Shown: positions 13,030 through 26,194 of the stretch, piece after piece
Position numbering within the stretch: position 1 is the first letter of the stretch
Layout: every line of letters starts with the position of its first letter
Source: Geosiphon pyriformis uo1
Taxonomy: Eukaryota > Fungi > Glomeromycota
Assembly (NCBI GenBank): GCA_016748015.1
Contig: JAAOMT010000211.1
Coordinates: 116,248 to 180,247 of the forward strand
Direction: 5' to 3'
Length of the DNA: 64,000 bases
Translations under genes and position numbers: made by a program
The notes under the pieces: model-generated
Database searches by the model: none
What the model was told of the DNA's origin: nothing
The model's input: only the letters and a program-made list of their open reading frames with translations

Positions 13030-16000
13030 TGCTTTAAGATCCCAAATAATCACTTGTAATATTGGTATAAAATTTTGAATTTATAAGTTTTCTAATCTAA
13101 GTTTGTATTGGCTTTGAAAAACCAATTATTTCCAATAAGAGCTTGATATTAGAGTACATCTATAATTAGAACTTTAATTAAAATAGTGATTTTATCAATT
13201 GTAAATAGAAAATTGTCAATTTTTTTTACTAGTGTTTTTTTAATACCATCTACTGTAATAATAACTGTTTAAGCAAATCTATTAATATTTTATTGTAACT
13301 GTTGCATTAACTAGTAAATAATAATATTTTTAGCAGATCTATTGTTTAAGATTAATTAAATTGGTTTTTCTTTAACTTCAGCTTCTGTATATATAGCTGT
13401 AATTGCTTTTTGTTCTGTAATAGCTGTATTGCTAAGCAAAAATAATAATTTATTTGTTTTAAATTCAAATAAAAATATATTAAAAAAGTTGGTATTTTGG
13501 ACAATTCTGGCTAATAAAATTATATTATTGAAAAGATTTTGTCTTAAGACTGTAGCTTTACTTTTAAAAAGTGCAGTTTGCTAAAAATTTGATTTTTCTA
13601 AAATTGTAAAATAACTAGATTGTATATAATAATGGTTGGGTCTTTGTTGAGTTGGATTTCGAGAAACTAATTAGTTATTAAGATTAAATCTATTGTTATT
13701 TGTTGTAAATTGGTTTTAAAGTACAAATTGGTTTTGTTGAACCAATTTTTGAGCAGATATTTGATATTGTTGAACTAATAATTATTAATACTATTGTTGA
13801 ATGAGTTGTAGAATAGATTAATAGTAATTATTCTGGTATTAAGATCCTAATAAATAATAAGTTGGTAATAAAGATTAGTGATAAGATTGTTAAGATAAAG
13901 AATAATATTAATTATTTCTTTACTATTGGTTTTATGACATTTTTTGGCAGTCTTATTTCCAATGTTCTAGAATTTTACAATAGTAATAGCTTTGGTTTTG
14001 GCTGTTTGATAATGGAAAATTGTTTGGGTTTTATTATTGTGATAATTAATATCTTTGTTGTTGCTGTTGTTATTGGTTAATAATATAATTTTTAACTTTC
14101 TTAATTAATTGGTTGATTTTTTTTTCAGCTACTGAATTGGTTTTTTTAATGGCTAGGTTGACAAATTTTGTATAATTGGCTTCTTTTATTGCTATTTTAT
14201 AAGTTTTAATATATTGAATAACAATGGCTAAGTTTTTTGAAACATATGGTTAAACTTTTTTAATAAGTTTGTTTTTTAATTCTATAATAAATTAATCCAA
14301 AATCTGAATATTGAAATAATAGTTATTGGTTTCTAATTGTTAAATTTATTAAAAAAATTTGTTGAACTTTCTAAGATAAGTTATAACAGATTTAGATGAC
14401 TCTTGTTTAATATTACAAAACCGATTTTGGAGAATAATAGATGTGTTGTTAGTAAATTCTTTCAAAAAAGCATTTTTGAATGTTTACCAGTTTTTAAATA
14501 GTTTAGCCAAATTTTAAAACCATTCTTTAGCTGTTTTTTGTAAAAAGTAAGGAATTGTTTTTAATATTCTAACTTTATTTTATCTATTTGCCTTTTCTGC
14601 TTTTGAAACTTTGTTAAATTATTCTTGTAAACTGGTGTTAGTATCTTTTTCTGTAATTTTTGTAATTTTTGCAATATAGATAATTGTCATTTTATTTGTA
14701 TCTTTATTTTCAGTAGTTTTTTTTTTAGTAAATTTAGAAATGTTTTCTTTATCACCTAATTTTTCAGAATAATTACTTTGGTTTTTTGTTAAATAATCAA
14801 AAAGATTGGTACTAGTAGATATTGGTTTTGGTTGTTAAGTAGAGCTTTTTTGTAAAATAAAATTTTTTGGTCTTAAGAACCAAATAAAAAGTAAATTAAG
14901 TATTTGCAATTGAGCAAGTAAAATTAGAAATTGTGTAATAGAAAGTGATAATCTGATACTGGTTTCTTGTTCTAGTGTTTTTAGATATTTGACAGTTATT
15001 TTTGATGTATTATAAGTTGTTCTTGAATTTTTTTTTTGTCTTTGTTTTTTTTGTTGTTATTTTTAGGTTTTAATTCTATGTTTAAAAAGAATTTAAATTG
15101 TATTGGGTATTTTTCTTTGCAATATTAAATAATATTAAAGTTGAGTTTTTGAAAGTAAATGTCAAGTGTTTTATTATTAAAGTCTTTTGTTTTTAAATAT
15201 AAATAGTGTAGTAAGTTTTCATAGAAGTTGTTTCTAATTTCTGAAATATTGTTGTTTTTAAAAAAATAATTGTTAATATGGTTTTTAATGTATTAATATA
15301 ATGATTTTTTGAAAATTTTAATTCTATCTTAGATGTTAAATTTATGTTTGTAGTAAGTATAAATTAACTAATAATATTTTAGAATTGTTGTATTAAGTAT
15401 AATTGCCACTTTAAAGTTGTTATTGCTGTGTTATTTTTATAGAAAAGTACCAAATATTATTAGAGGTTTTTGGTTTTTTTTTTTGAATGCTATTAATATT
15501 TGTTTGCTGTAACTTTATATTTTTTAGAAGTTGTTAAACCTTCAATAATTAAATTTATTTTCAAATTATCTTCTATAATTTGAACTATTGAATTTATAAG
15601 TAGAATGGTCAATTTTATGTCAGTTATTTTGTATAGTTATATTGTAGTAAATGGCAATTCTTTTTCAAAAATTATTTATTTGGAAGCTTACTAAAAATAT
15701 GTAATTACTTTGCTATAAAAGTCAACTTTTTTATAAAAATCTTGTCTGTAAATTACCCTAATAATTATAATAAAAAATATAAAAGAAATAAGATTTTGTT
15801 AAAAAAATTGTTTCTGGTTTAAGCTTGAAATTATTAATAATTTACTGAAATTGGTAGCTAATTAATTTCAAAACATTAATTGAATTTTGGAGAATTTTAA
15901 GTGTAATTACTGAAAAAATTGGTTTTTTGAATTATATTTTATTTAAATTATAATATTGAAAATAAATCTAAAAGTGAAATTATTATTTTCTGGTAAGATA

Positions 16001-16402
16001 CATTTTTTTAAAGAGAAAAACTTTTTTTTTATACAATTTATTATAGTACTGGTCTATAAATTTACACTTTTTTTTGCTATGATTTTAATAAATTAAAGAT
16101 ATATTTTAACAAACTATAAGTTGTTTTTATGAACTATAAATAATTTTAGTAGACTATTAAAATATTTTATAGATTTTTACAAATTTTGGCAAATTCTTGA
16201 ATATTATAGAGTTTGAAGTATTGCATAATCTGATTATTATAATTGTGTATCATATAAATTGGGTTATTAATTAGATAATAATATTTAATAATTTAATTAA
16301 CTAATAAGTAATAATTAAAATAATAATAATATATGTTAATTAATAATAAAAATTATAAAAATAATTTCATGTTAATTATTGACTAAAATTCTACTGAAAA
16401 TA
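13030..16402 (-). mobile_element. Decayed Ty3/gypsy 5' half: LTR-like unit, leader, gag, aspartic protease
   Basis: Minus strand 14250-14690 reads as retrotransposon gag (LKTIPYFLQKTAKEWF...SIILQNRFCNIKQE...ILD*FIIDL). 13100-13360 reads as retropepsin (ITVDGIKKTLV...IKVLIID...YQALIGNNW). 15460-16402 matches the repeat at 5293-6220. Confidence 0.75.
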
Positions 16403-16404
16403 TT

Positions 16405-16570
16405 AGCTTTAGTTAAGTTTACTTCTATTGTAACAATATAATATAACCTAAACTAAGTAGCTAGTTACATATAAACAGCATATAAACTACATTTAGTTTA
16501 AAATACTTAATTTGTTTTAAAGTACTAGATAGTAGTTGAGTTATATTTGTTAAACTTAATAAAAAAAATA
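16405..16570 (+). mobile_element. 5'-truncated LINE-family 3' end with A tail
   Basis: GTAGCTAG...ATTTAGTTT...GTACTAGATAGTAGTTGAG...A-run matches the 3' UTR of LINE copy C (59290-59417). Confidence 0.7.
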
Positions 16571-18418
16571 TATAGTATTATATAAAAATTTTATTTTTAA
16601 AAATTGGATTGTAAACTTTTATTAATACAAAAAAACAATATTAATTTGGTAGATTTTATATAAAGATTTATAATTAAATACAGATTAAATATTTAATTTC
16701 TTAATTTTAAGTTTAAAATTAAGTTAAAATAAGTATTAAAAAAAATTAAGCTGTTTATTTTAATTTGTAATTTTTATATAAGTTTTTTAATAATCTAAAA
16801 AAGTTGGTTTTTGTTAATATAATTACTTAAATAATTAATTATATATATATAAAATATAAATTATGTTTAATTTAAAATACTTTAATATTATATTATATTA
16901 AATAATAATTATATTATATTTATAAAATATAAATAAAAAAAAGTATTTTTTTTATTATTAATTAAATTATTAATATTAAAAAGTGGTTTATTTTTTTTAA
17001 ATATATAAATTTTTTATTTATAAAATTTTTAAACTGTTTTTTTATTATTTTTGTAATTATAATAATATTTTTGAATATTTTTATTTTGGTTTGTTTTGTT
17101 TTATTATTATTATTATTATTGTTGTTGTTTTTATTATTGTTATAATCTTTAATTTTAATTTTTTGTATTGGTAAATTTTTTTAATAATATTTGGTTATAA
17201 TTTTTTTTGTTATTTTTTATTATTGTTATTGTTAATAAAATGTTTCTATGCAAATAAATTAAAAACTTTAAATATAAATAATATAAAAAATAAAAAATAA
17301 AACTTTTTACTTAAAATAAAAAAACTTTAAGTATAATAAATAATTTAATAATTTTTTAAAAATTAATAAAAAAAAAGAAAAAAAAGGAAAATAATAATAA
17401 TAATAAAATTATTATTATATTTTTATATTATTTAAAAGTTTATATTTCTAATATCTGACAATATATTATTTAGGGGGCTGATTACATGTAAAAAAATGAA
17501 TTACACTTATTTTTAAGCTTTTTTTGCTGTATTTATTTTATTTTTTGCATTAATGAATGTAATTCAACCACTACTTATTACAAATAATAAATTGAGTTTT
17601 ATTATTTAAAATTTATATAATATATAAATATATATTTTATTATATTTATAATTTTTTGTCTTTTTATATAAATATGTTTATTTAAAACAAAACTTTAAAA
17701 AAAATTGAATTTTAAATGTATAAATGTTAAGTTTTTTAATAAAATAAAAAAATTCCTAATTTGAAAACCAGATTTTTTACTTCTTGAAATTCAAAATATT
17801 TCTCTGGAATTTTTATTACACTTCAATATGAAAGAAAATAAATATGGTGCTAGTGACAAAGTTAACTTCGCCTCGGATAATAACTTTACTGTTAGTAATC
17901 AGGCGGAGACACAATTCCATAAAAGGAGCCACACAACGTTATTGGAAGCTTTGTTTGGCCAAGTGATTACTCTCCTGATAACCCCGCATCATTTATTCAT
18001 GCGAGAAAAACATCCACAATTTGTTATCACATTTTCATTTTTACCCGAATATTTCAATCTATCATGCCATTTACATTCATGCGAATCGACATTTCCCACT
18101 GTCCTGACTCACCTTTGATAATTCATGTGATTAATTCAGTAAGCGAAAATCAAAGAACAATAAATAACTCAACTCTTTTTTCTTACTCTGGTTGGTTCAG
18201 CCGAGTGGTAACACCGCGCAGTTTTCCCGATAATAGCAAGAGACATAAATACGAGGCAAGGTGCTTCATCAAAGTGTAACTTATTTCCCATCTCAACTAC
18301 TAACTTAAAACTGGTCAACTCACGCGAAATTGAAACAAGTAAAAGCAAGTGGACTTCTCGTGAAAAATAGTATACCTTCGTCACCCCTATCTTCAGGGAA
18401 CTTGTTCCCCTTTGGACA

Positions 18419-19856
18419 ATGCCTGAAAAATCTTTAAATAGTGAAGAACAAATGTTGGGAGATTTCGAAAGCCTGTGGCGATACCTTGAAATGGAGAAAG
18501 AAAAATGGCGAGATTCTAACTCATCGTCACTCTTGCAACTTTCGAATGTGTTGAACTCTGCCTCTCACTCAAAGAAAGGTAATAATATTAAGAAACCACC
18601 TTTGTTACCCCATTCCTCGTCGTCCGAGTATTCTTCTTCTGAAGAGTTATCACTTGGTGGCCATAAAACGATCAAAGTAGCGAAACCATCAAAGAAAAAA
18701 AGGGTACATCTCTTGGTTCTTCCACCCGTTGGACCAGGGGATAAAAAGAACCAAAAAAAGAAAAATAGTAAGATAATCATTACCAAAAAGGAAGTTGAGG
18801 CAAAGATATCCTCGCATGTTTCTAAGACAACGGTACGTTTCCTTCAATAATTTTTGTCAATCTCATTGCTCTACTCTAAAAATTTGATAGAAAACTCAAA
18901 ATTCTTAATTTATGCGTTGAACTGAATAGAAATCTGATGGAAAGAAAGTCCATTTCGAAGAAAATCCTACCAACGATACTGTTTTGAACAAAGCTGATAA
19001 AAAACCATCCGCAGATTCCGTTTTGGTTAAACTTAATCAAAACCCATCTCAAGATATTATTTTGAACAAAATTGATCATCATGTAAATGAAGTCAAACCA
19101 ACAACATCAAAAGCCAAAAAACAGGGCTTCTGGAAGCCATCGAAGCTTCGTATACCTATCCCGATTGCTATTTCTCCGGATCCTATTCACGTTTTTGTTG
19201 ATAATTCCAACATATTAGCTGGATTCTTGGCATATTGTCGGGAGAAACAACCTACTCCTATCCGCGCAGACAATTCGAGTTCAGCAGTCACTGCAGATCT
19301 TAAACCTAAATTGGACTATGAAGCGTTGTTCACCATCCTCGAGCGAGGAAGGAATATCGACCGTAAAGTTCTAGTCGCTTCCTCTCCATTGTATCAGCGG
19401 CTTGAGGAAGCCGAAAATGGCGGGTATGAGGTCTCCGTACTTCGTCGTGTTAAAAGACCGATCGAGGAAGAAACTATTTTCAATACAAATTTAGCTTCTC
19501 GTATGCGAGAAGGTCAATCATCACAAACCGGGATGGAAAAAGAACAGTGCGTTGATGAACTTCTCCATCTCAAGATCTTGGAGTCCTTGCTTGACTACTC
19601 TGCTCCTGCTACTTTGGTATTGGCAAGTGGTGACGGTAAAGACGCAGAGTATTTCCAAGGGGGATTTCATAAATGTGTAGTAATGGCTTTAAATAGAGGT
19701 TGGAAGGTCGAAGTAATTAGCTGGCAACGCCAGTTGAGCTCTAATTTCTTGAACAAAAAATTCTTGAAAATGTGGAAAGATCGCTATCACGTTATCTTTT
19801 TGGATTGGTTCGCCAAGGAGCTTGGTTGCGAATCTAACAGCACCTCTAAAATGTGA
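18419..19856 (+). CDS. NYN/PIN-like domain protein (LabA/DUF88-like nuclease fold), 2 exons, ~446 aa
   Basis: Exons 18419-18832 and 18930-19856 join in frame through a GT..AG intron. Motifs VFVDNSNI, KEQCVDELL, LVLASGDGKD and GWKVEVISW supply the acidic PIN active-site residues. Confidence 0.85.
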
Positions 19857-21153
19857 AATTTGGCGAATATACAAAGTTGGTCTAATTGCGGGAATGATTT
19901 ATTCATTCACATCCCAATTGCCAAAGTCAGCTGACATTAATCTTTTAATTGAAACTGTAATCTATATATGAACTATATTTCAAGTGTCCTTTTCTTTTTT
20001 CGGAGAATGAACATAACTGTTTTTTTTCTTGCTCTTTTTCATCTATTGCATTCACCCCGGATCCTTCTTATTCCTTTATTTTCTTTTGTACAATTCTTTT
20101 TATTTCTCATAGACAGCCATCGAAACGGTACTTGTCAACCCTCTACTTCATACTTCTTTCCTGAAATTTACTTTTTCTTCCTCTTCAATAACTAATAGTC
20201 AAAAAATCACTTTTTCCATAATTGATCAACTCTTCATCCTTAACTTTTTATTCCACATACTTTGTAAATAAACAAATGAATATCCCTTTTATCTTTAGTT
20301 TAATAATCTTTTTCTTACCACCCTTAAATTTCCGTCATCAATCCTTAATCTTTAACTTTTTCTTTTGTACATAATTATTTTGCCTTTATTGTCATTTGAT
20401 AGTAAAAGATTTGGGAATACTGTTTTAAGGGAATAATGATAATTATGGAAGGCTGATAAAAAATAGAGGTGGAACTATCAATGTAGCATAGCAAACAAGA
20501 GTTGGGGGTTTTTTCTAGCTTTTTAGCTTTAATTGCAGTTGGGAAGGATACCTTTGATATGCTATATATCGTAAAGTTATCCTTTCACCAATCTGTATGT
20601 TTTTTCTGGATTATCTATAATCTGGTTGTTTCCCACAACTAGAAAGCGATTACGATGAAAAATTTTCATTTCCTTCAAATTATGGGTATGATTCATGCCA
20701 CGGTTAAATCAAAAAATCCCAAGATTTTACACCATTCGTTGATCAATTAGTGATCATTATTTCCTCCCCCCTCAAATGTATCTCACTCCTGAATGTATCT
20801 CAATCTAAACAAGTATATACACAATTTTACATCCCTTTCCGAAATTAAAAAACAGTGTTGCGTCATTATCCTGTTTTTCTTTCTAATAAATAAAAAATTT
20901 GTGGAACGATTTTCCTCTACTTTTCGTCATATATCTAAATGCGTTGAATGGAGGTATAAATTTGAAAAATTTCAGCGGACTCACTTTAATTTCAGAAGAA
21001 AAAAACCTTTTGGAACGAATTGCAAATCGGAATACTCTTGCGAAAGTTCAGTGAACGTAGAAGTTGTTTCAAATTCCATTAACAAAATAAACATTGATAG
21101 ATTCTAGATGAATCGGGAAATTAACAAAAGGAGTTTCTAACCCTACACTAAAT

Positions 21154-21236
21154 CGACGGTAGCAGGGTTCGAACCTGCGCTCCCATAGGGAACCAGATTT
21201 CAAGTCTGGCGCCTTAGACCACTCGGCCATACCGTC
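21154..21236 (-). tRNA. tRNA-Ser(UGA), intronless
   Basis: Acceptor stem GACGGTA/TACCGTC plus discriminator G. D arm TGGCCGAGTGGTCTAAGGC. Anticodon arm CCAGA-CTTGAAA-TCTGG. Long variable arm. T arm GCAGGTTCGAACCCTGC. Confidence 0.95.
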
Positions 21237-21472
21237 TTAATCTGTGTAACACTTTAGAACAGTTTATACTATTTGTAGTTTAGTGCTCTCGACAATTAGT
21301 TTTGTATTACAATTGAAATTGATGACGAAAGAGACGGAAAAAATTTGCACTCGGTATAAATTCATGCAATTATTTCTTAATTGCTAACTCTCGTCTCTAC
21401 TCATTGACCTCTGTATAGCGGCGGTTCTCTATCCAATATAAGTGATTTATATAAAAATTATAGTGAACAAAC

Positions 21473-21752
21473 ATGGTATATCAAGCTTTCCAATTTTTAG
21501 TGGTTCTTTTTTACAAAAGTTTAAAATATCTGACTCTTTCAAATTTCACAGGATACCAAACAACCTGTGAAACTTGCACGTGTGATAAAAGTTCTTGGAC
21601 GCACTGGTTCTCGTGGTGGTGTCACTCAAGTCCGTGTCGAGTTCATTGAGGACACGCAACGTTCAATTATTCGAAATGTGAAAGGTCCTGTGCGAGAAAA
21701 TGACATTCTATGTCTACTCGAGTCTGAACGTGAGGCTAGAAGATTGCGTTAA
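21473..21752 (+). CDS. RPS28: 40S ribosomal protein S28 (eS28)
   Basis: ATG-only exon 21473-21475, intron 21476-21551 (GT..CAG), exon 2 [31 protein letters not shown]...[12 protein letters not shown]. Confidence 0.97.
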
Positions 21753-22694
21753 GGAGTCAAGGATGATGTTAGGGAGAGGAAATCTAGAAAAGGATAAATT
21801 ATTCCTACCTATTTTGATCACGAGGGTTGAGGTGAAAATGGATTGATGGATTTTTTCTTTGAGGAAGGATATTAAAAGTTAATTTACCAAATGTTTTGGC
21901 CTTTCATCATCATCATGATTGATTATTGCGAGCGAAAAATATTTCATGGCTAAGTTGAAATTTTAATAGAATTCGTTGATTAATAGTTTATTTTGAATGA
22001 AATATGGATTTAGATGGCTAAAAAGTCAATTTATTAAAAATCTCAAGAAATCGAAAAACTTGATTTGGTCTCTTGATGAATGGAAGTAATCCTATTTTAG
22101 GATGAATTAAAACTGTGGATAGTTTAAGACCTTTTGAGTCATTCAAAAATTCTATCGAGAAGTTAGGTGTATGTGGGGGTATTAGGTTGTGCAAAGTAAT
22201 CGAAATTTAAATCATTTAAATCGGGACAATTGGATCAATATTCGCTAAATCAGGAAACCGCTTATAACTTAAATTCTTGAATTCTTAAAGTTCATCTGAA
22301 GTTAAGCAATTTTCCAAGCTTCAAATTTTCTTGAGAAATGTATTCGTAGTGAGGAACAAAGCTATGTCTTGCATAAAATGGTTTTCAAAGGGATTAATTT
22401 TTTTCGCATCATAGATTTATTGTTTGATTATAAAAATTAAATTAACAATTTTATATGTTTATAGAAATTTATATTATGTTATAAATTATAATTGGAATGT
22501 AATAATAATAATAATAATAATAAAAATAATAATAATAATAATATTATTATATTTTATTTATATTATTAATTATGATTTTTAATTTTTATATATTTTAATT
22601 TGAATTACAAATCAATTTTATTTATTAAACACATATAATTATATATAATAATTATTATATTTAATTTATATATTAGAATAATAATTTGTTTTTA

Positions 22695-22696
<2 letters not shown>

Positions 22697-22778
<82 letters not shown>
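22697..22778. repeat. (TTA)n microsatellite
   Basis: Long uninterrupted TTA run. Shorter (AAT)n runs occur at ~8610-8646, 22500-22540, 26156-26190, 33660-33757 and 35839-35863. Confidence 0.95.
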
Positions 22779-22781
<3 letters not shown>

Positions 22782-22850
22782 TTTTACATTATGAAAATAA
22801 TTCTTTTTTGATTAAAAAAAGTTATTTAATTATTTATTATTTATTAATAA

Positions 22851-24410
22851 TTAAATACTTTTTTTTCTTATAATTCCAAATTTAAATTTATCATCCTCCA
22901 TTTTTTTCAACTCAAAAACAGAAATAAACTTTCTTAAAAAAACATTTCCAATAACCCAAGTATTTTCAACAGCTTTTGAACCTTTCACTCCAGAAATACA
23001 ATAAATTGTATCCGGAATTTTTTCAAATATTAGGTCTTCATTCGTCAAATCATAGGCAATTGAGTTGAACATAAATGAAAATTTGAATCGTGTTGTACAC
23101 TTTTGAAAAATAAAAATAAAATTTTAATAAATATTTATAGAAAAAATAAAAATAAAAATAAATTACCGGGAATGCGTAAACTCCTTCATAACCTTTGTTG
23201 CTGATATTTTTAAAACCTGGAATTCTTGAATTAAATCGGTACGCATCTTCAAATGGTAGGTTAATGAACGGGGAACCTGAGGAAAAAAAAAAAAAAAAAA
23301 GNNNNNNNNNNNNNNNNNNNNNNNNNNNNNNNNNNNNNNNNNNNNNNNNNNNNNNNNNNNNNNNNNNNNNNNNNNNNNNNNNNNNNNNNNNNNNNNNNNN
23401 NNNNNNNNNNNNNNNNNNNNNNNNNNNNNNNNNNNNNNNNNNNNNNNNNNNNNNNNNNNNNNNNNNNNNNNNNNNNNNNNNNNNNNNNNNNNNNNNNNNN
23501 NNNNNNNNNNNNNNNNNNNNNNNNNNNNNNNNNNNNNNNNNNNNNNNNNNNNNNNNNNNNNNNNNNNNNNNNNNNNNNNNNNNNNNNNNNNNNNNNNNNN
23601 NNNNNNNNNNNNNNNNNNNNNNNNNNNNNNNNNNNNNNNNNNNNNNNNNNNNNNNNNNNNNNNNNNNNNNNNNNNNNNNNNNNNNNNNNNNNNNNNNNNN
23701 NNNNNNNNNNNNNNNNNNNNNNNNNNNNNNNNNNNNNNNNNNNNNNNNNNNNNNNNNNNNNNNNNNNNNNNNNNNNNNNNNNNNNNNNNNNNNNNNNNNN
23801 NNNNNNNNNNNNNNNNNNNNNNNNNNNNNNNNNNNNNNNNNNNNNNNNNNNNNNNNNNNNNNNNNNNNNNNNNNNNNNNNNNNNNNNNNNNNNNNNNNNN
23901 NNNNNNNNNNNNNNNNNNNNNNNNNNNNNNNNNNNNNNNNNNNNNNNNNNNNNNNNNNNNNNNNNNNNNNNNNNNNNNNNNNNNNNNNNNNNNNNNNNNN
24001 NNNNNNNNNNNNNNNNNNNNNNNNNNNNNNNNNNNNNNNNNNNNNNNNNNNNNNNNNNNNNNNNNNNNNNNNNNNNNNNNNNNNNNNNNNNNNNNNNNNN
24101 NNNNNNNNNNNNNNNNNNNNNNNNNNNNNNNNNNNNNNNNNNNNNNNNNNNNNNNNNNNNNNNNNNNNNNNNNNNNNNNNNNNNNNNNNNNNNNNNNNNN
24201 NNNNNNNNNNNNTGGAAGATTTGTTGAAACTGAATTATCAAAGGTTTCTGAGGGAAATAGAAAATCTGTTGAAACTGAATTATCAATGGATAAAAATTCC
24301 GGAGTTTGAATTGATGAATCATAAGAACATTTCGAAAGATATGCAGAATAAACTTTTGAAATTTTAATGAAAAGAATGAAGAAATGGTTTAAAAACTTTG
24401 AGGTTTTCAT
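22851..24410 (-). CDS. Secreted pepsin-like (A1) aspartic protease, middle hidden by assembly gap
   Basis: Last exon 22851-23099 has CISGV...WVIGNVFLRKFISVFE (pepsin C-terminal signature). Exon 23167-23276 reads GSPFINLP...YAFP after a polypyrimidine/CAG acceptor, and the frames join. Hydrophobic N-terminus from ATG 24410; its linkage across the gap is inferred. Confidence 0.7.
23302..24212. other. Assembly gap (N run)
   Basis: Continuous Ns; the three long X-filled ORFs here are artefacts. Confidence 1.
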
Positions 24411-25231
24411 TTCAATTTTGTAAATTTCAATTTTTAAAAATTTTCTAAAAAAAATAAAAGTTAAAAAACTGGTTTTTAAAAGGTATTTACGAAATAAAAA
24501 AGATAACCCATCTTATCATACTGAAACATATATGGAATAACCATTTTATCTCGGAAAAAATAAAGTTTTTTAACAATTAAAGAATCTTTGGAATAACCTT
24601 TTTTTCGATATATTATTATTAAGATCTTCCAAATATATACGTATAAAATCTTTTAAACGTTACAAAGGATTAATACAAATTTTTTTTTATTTTTTTTTAT
24701 TTAACGAGTGCAGCCCAACCACTACAATCACATAAGATTCTAAAATAAGTGTGGCTCATGCGTTTTCTACACGTGACCAGCCACTCGAATACAAATTCAA
24801 ATAAAATTATTATCAATTTTAACTGGTTATTATTATAAATTGAAATTTGATATCAAAATATTATTTTAATTATTAATTTTATAAATTTGAAATTTTTACA
24901 AATAAAATATTAATGTTTTAAAGTACATATTAAAACTAGAAAATAATTAAGTTCAAGTAAAATTCTAATTTTATTTCTAATTTTCAAATTACAATTGTTT
25001 AAAATTTTTATAAAATAATAATAATATTATTATAATTTAATTATTATTAAAACAGTAAAATAAAAAATTAAATTCATTGCTATTTTTAGAAAGTGGTCAA
25101 CATTCTCATATTTTTTTTTGACCTTAACTTCATGTATTACATTGGTACCACCAGCAAAAAGTAAACAAAAAGGAGTGTTGGCCTATTTAGAAAGAGAGAA
25201 GCTTTAAAGCATAAACAAACCAGTTGAAATC

Positions 25232-26153
25232 ATGCGCGTCTCTTACGTGAGTATGGCTCTCTTTTTTTTTCGAGTTTGGGAGGTGAACCTTGCTTTATTA
25301 GATTTGAGTGAAGAATAACCCATTTATTTTTGTTTCAAGCCCAAATGGGAACACTTAGGTCTTTGCCTCTTCACGCGTTTTTTCAATCCTGCCGTTCAAA
25401 ATTTCCCTAATCTTTTATTACCTAATTACTTTTTTCAGATGAGAAAAAGAATAAAACTTGTATTTTTTCAATACATGTTCATCCCGACGGTTCCAGGGTA
25501 GCAACAGGGGGGTTGGGTAAGTTAATTAGCAAAGATCTTTCCCCATTATAAAATCACTTGTCGTTTCAAAGCTTTCGCTAGCACTTTTGCCCGCAATATG
25601 TTGACCATGATTCTGCTGATTAATTGGATTCTAGATGCCAAAATCAGGGTGTGGAGTACGGCGGCAGTTTATGATGAATCGAAAGAGAATAAAGGAAATC
25701 TTACAGAATTGCTATGTACTATGGGACTGCATACTGGTGCGTTGGTAATCACCCAATCGGGGATGATTTTTACCGATTAGATTTATATCGAATTGAATTA
25801 TAGTGTGACTCCTATTGATGTTCCTTCCTTTTTAGGCCCAGTTCTCTGCGTACGATGGTCGCAGATTGATGGAAGATATTTGGCATCAGGTTCAGATGAT
25901 AAAATCATTCTAGTTTGGGAATTGGATAGGTTCTTAAATATTTTTGTATCTTTGTTTGGATTTCATATGAGCTTCTCATTGATAATCTAATTTAATCCTT
26001 CCATGATCAGTGGATATGGAGGAAAAGTGTTTGGAAGCAATGAACAAAATGTGGAGAATTGGAAGATATCAAAGCGATTGACTGGTCATGAATCTGGTAC
26101 CTACAATATAACTGACTCAAACCTTTTCAAATGGGAAATATTCGAAACTCGAA

Positions 26154-26194
<41 letters not shown>

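Noticed and set aside
21137-21145. CTAACCCTA, a telomerase-template/telomere-like 9-mer beside the tRNA
   Set aside because: Single short match in the tRNA trailer; the same 9-mer occurs inside LINE A (~68-76), so chance is sufficient.
23163-24410. Three 350-415 aa ORFs in the track
   Set aside because: They are open only because of the N gap.
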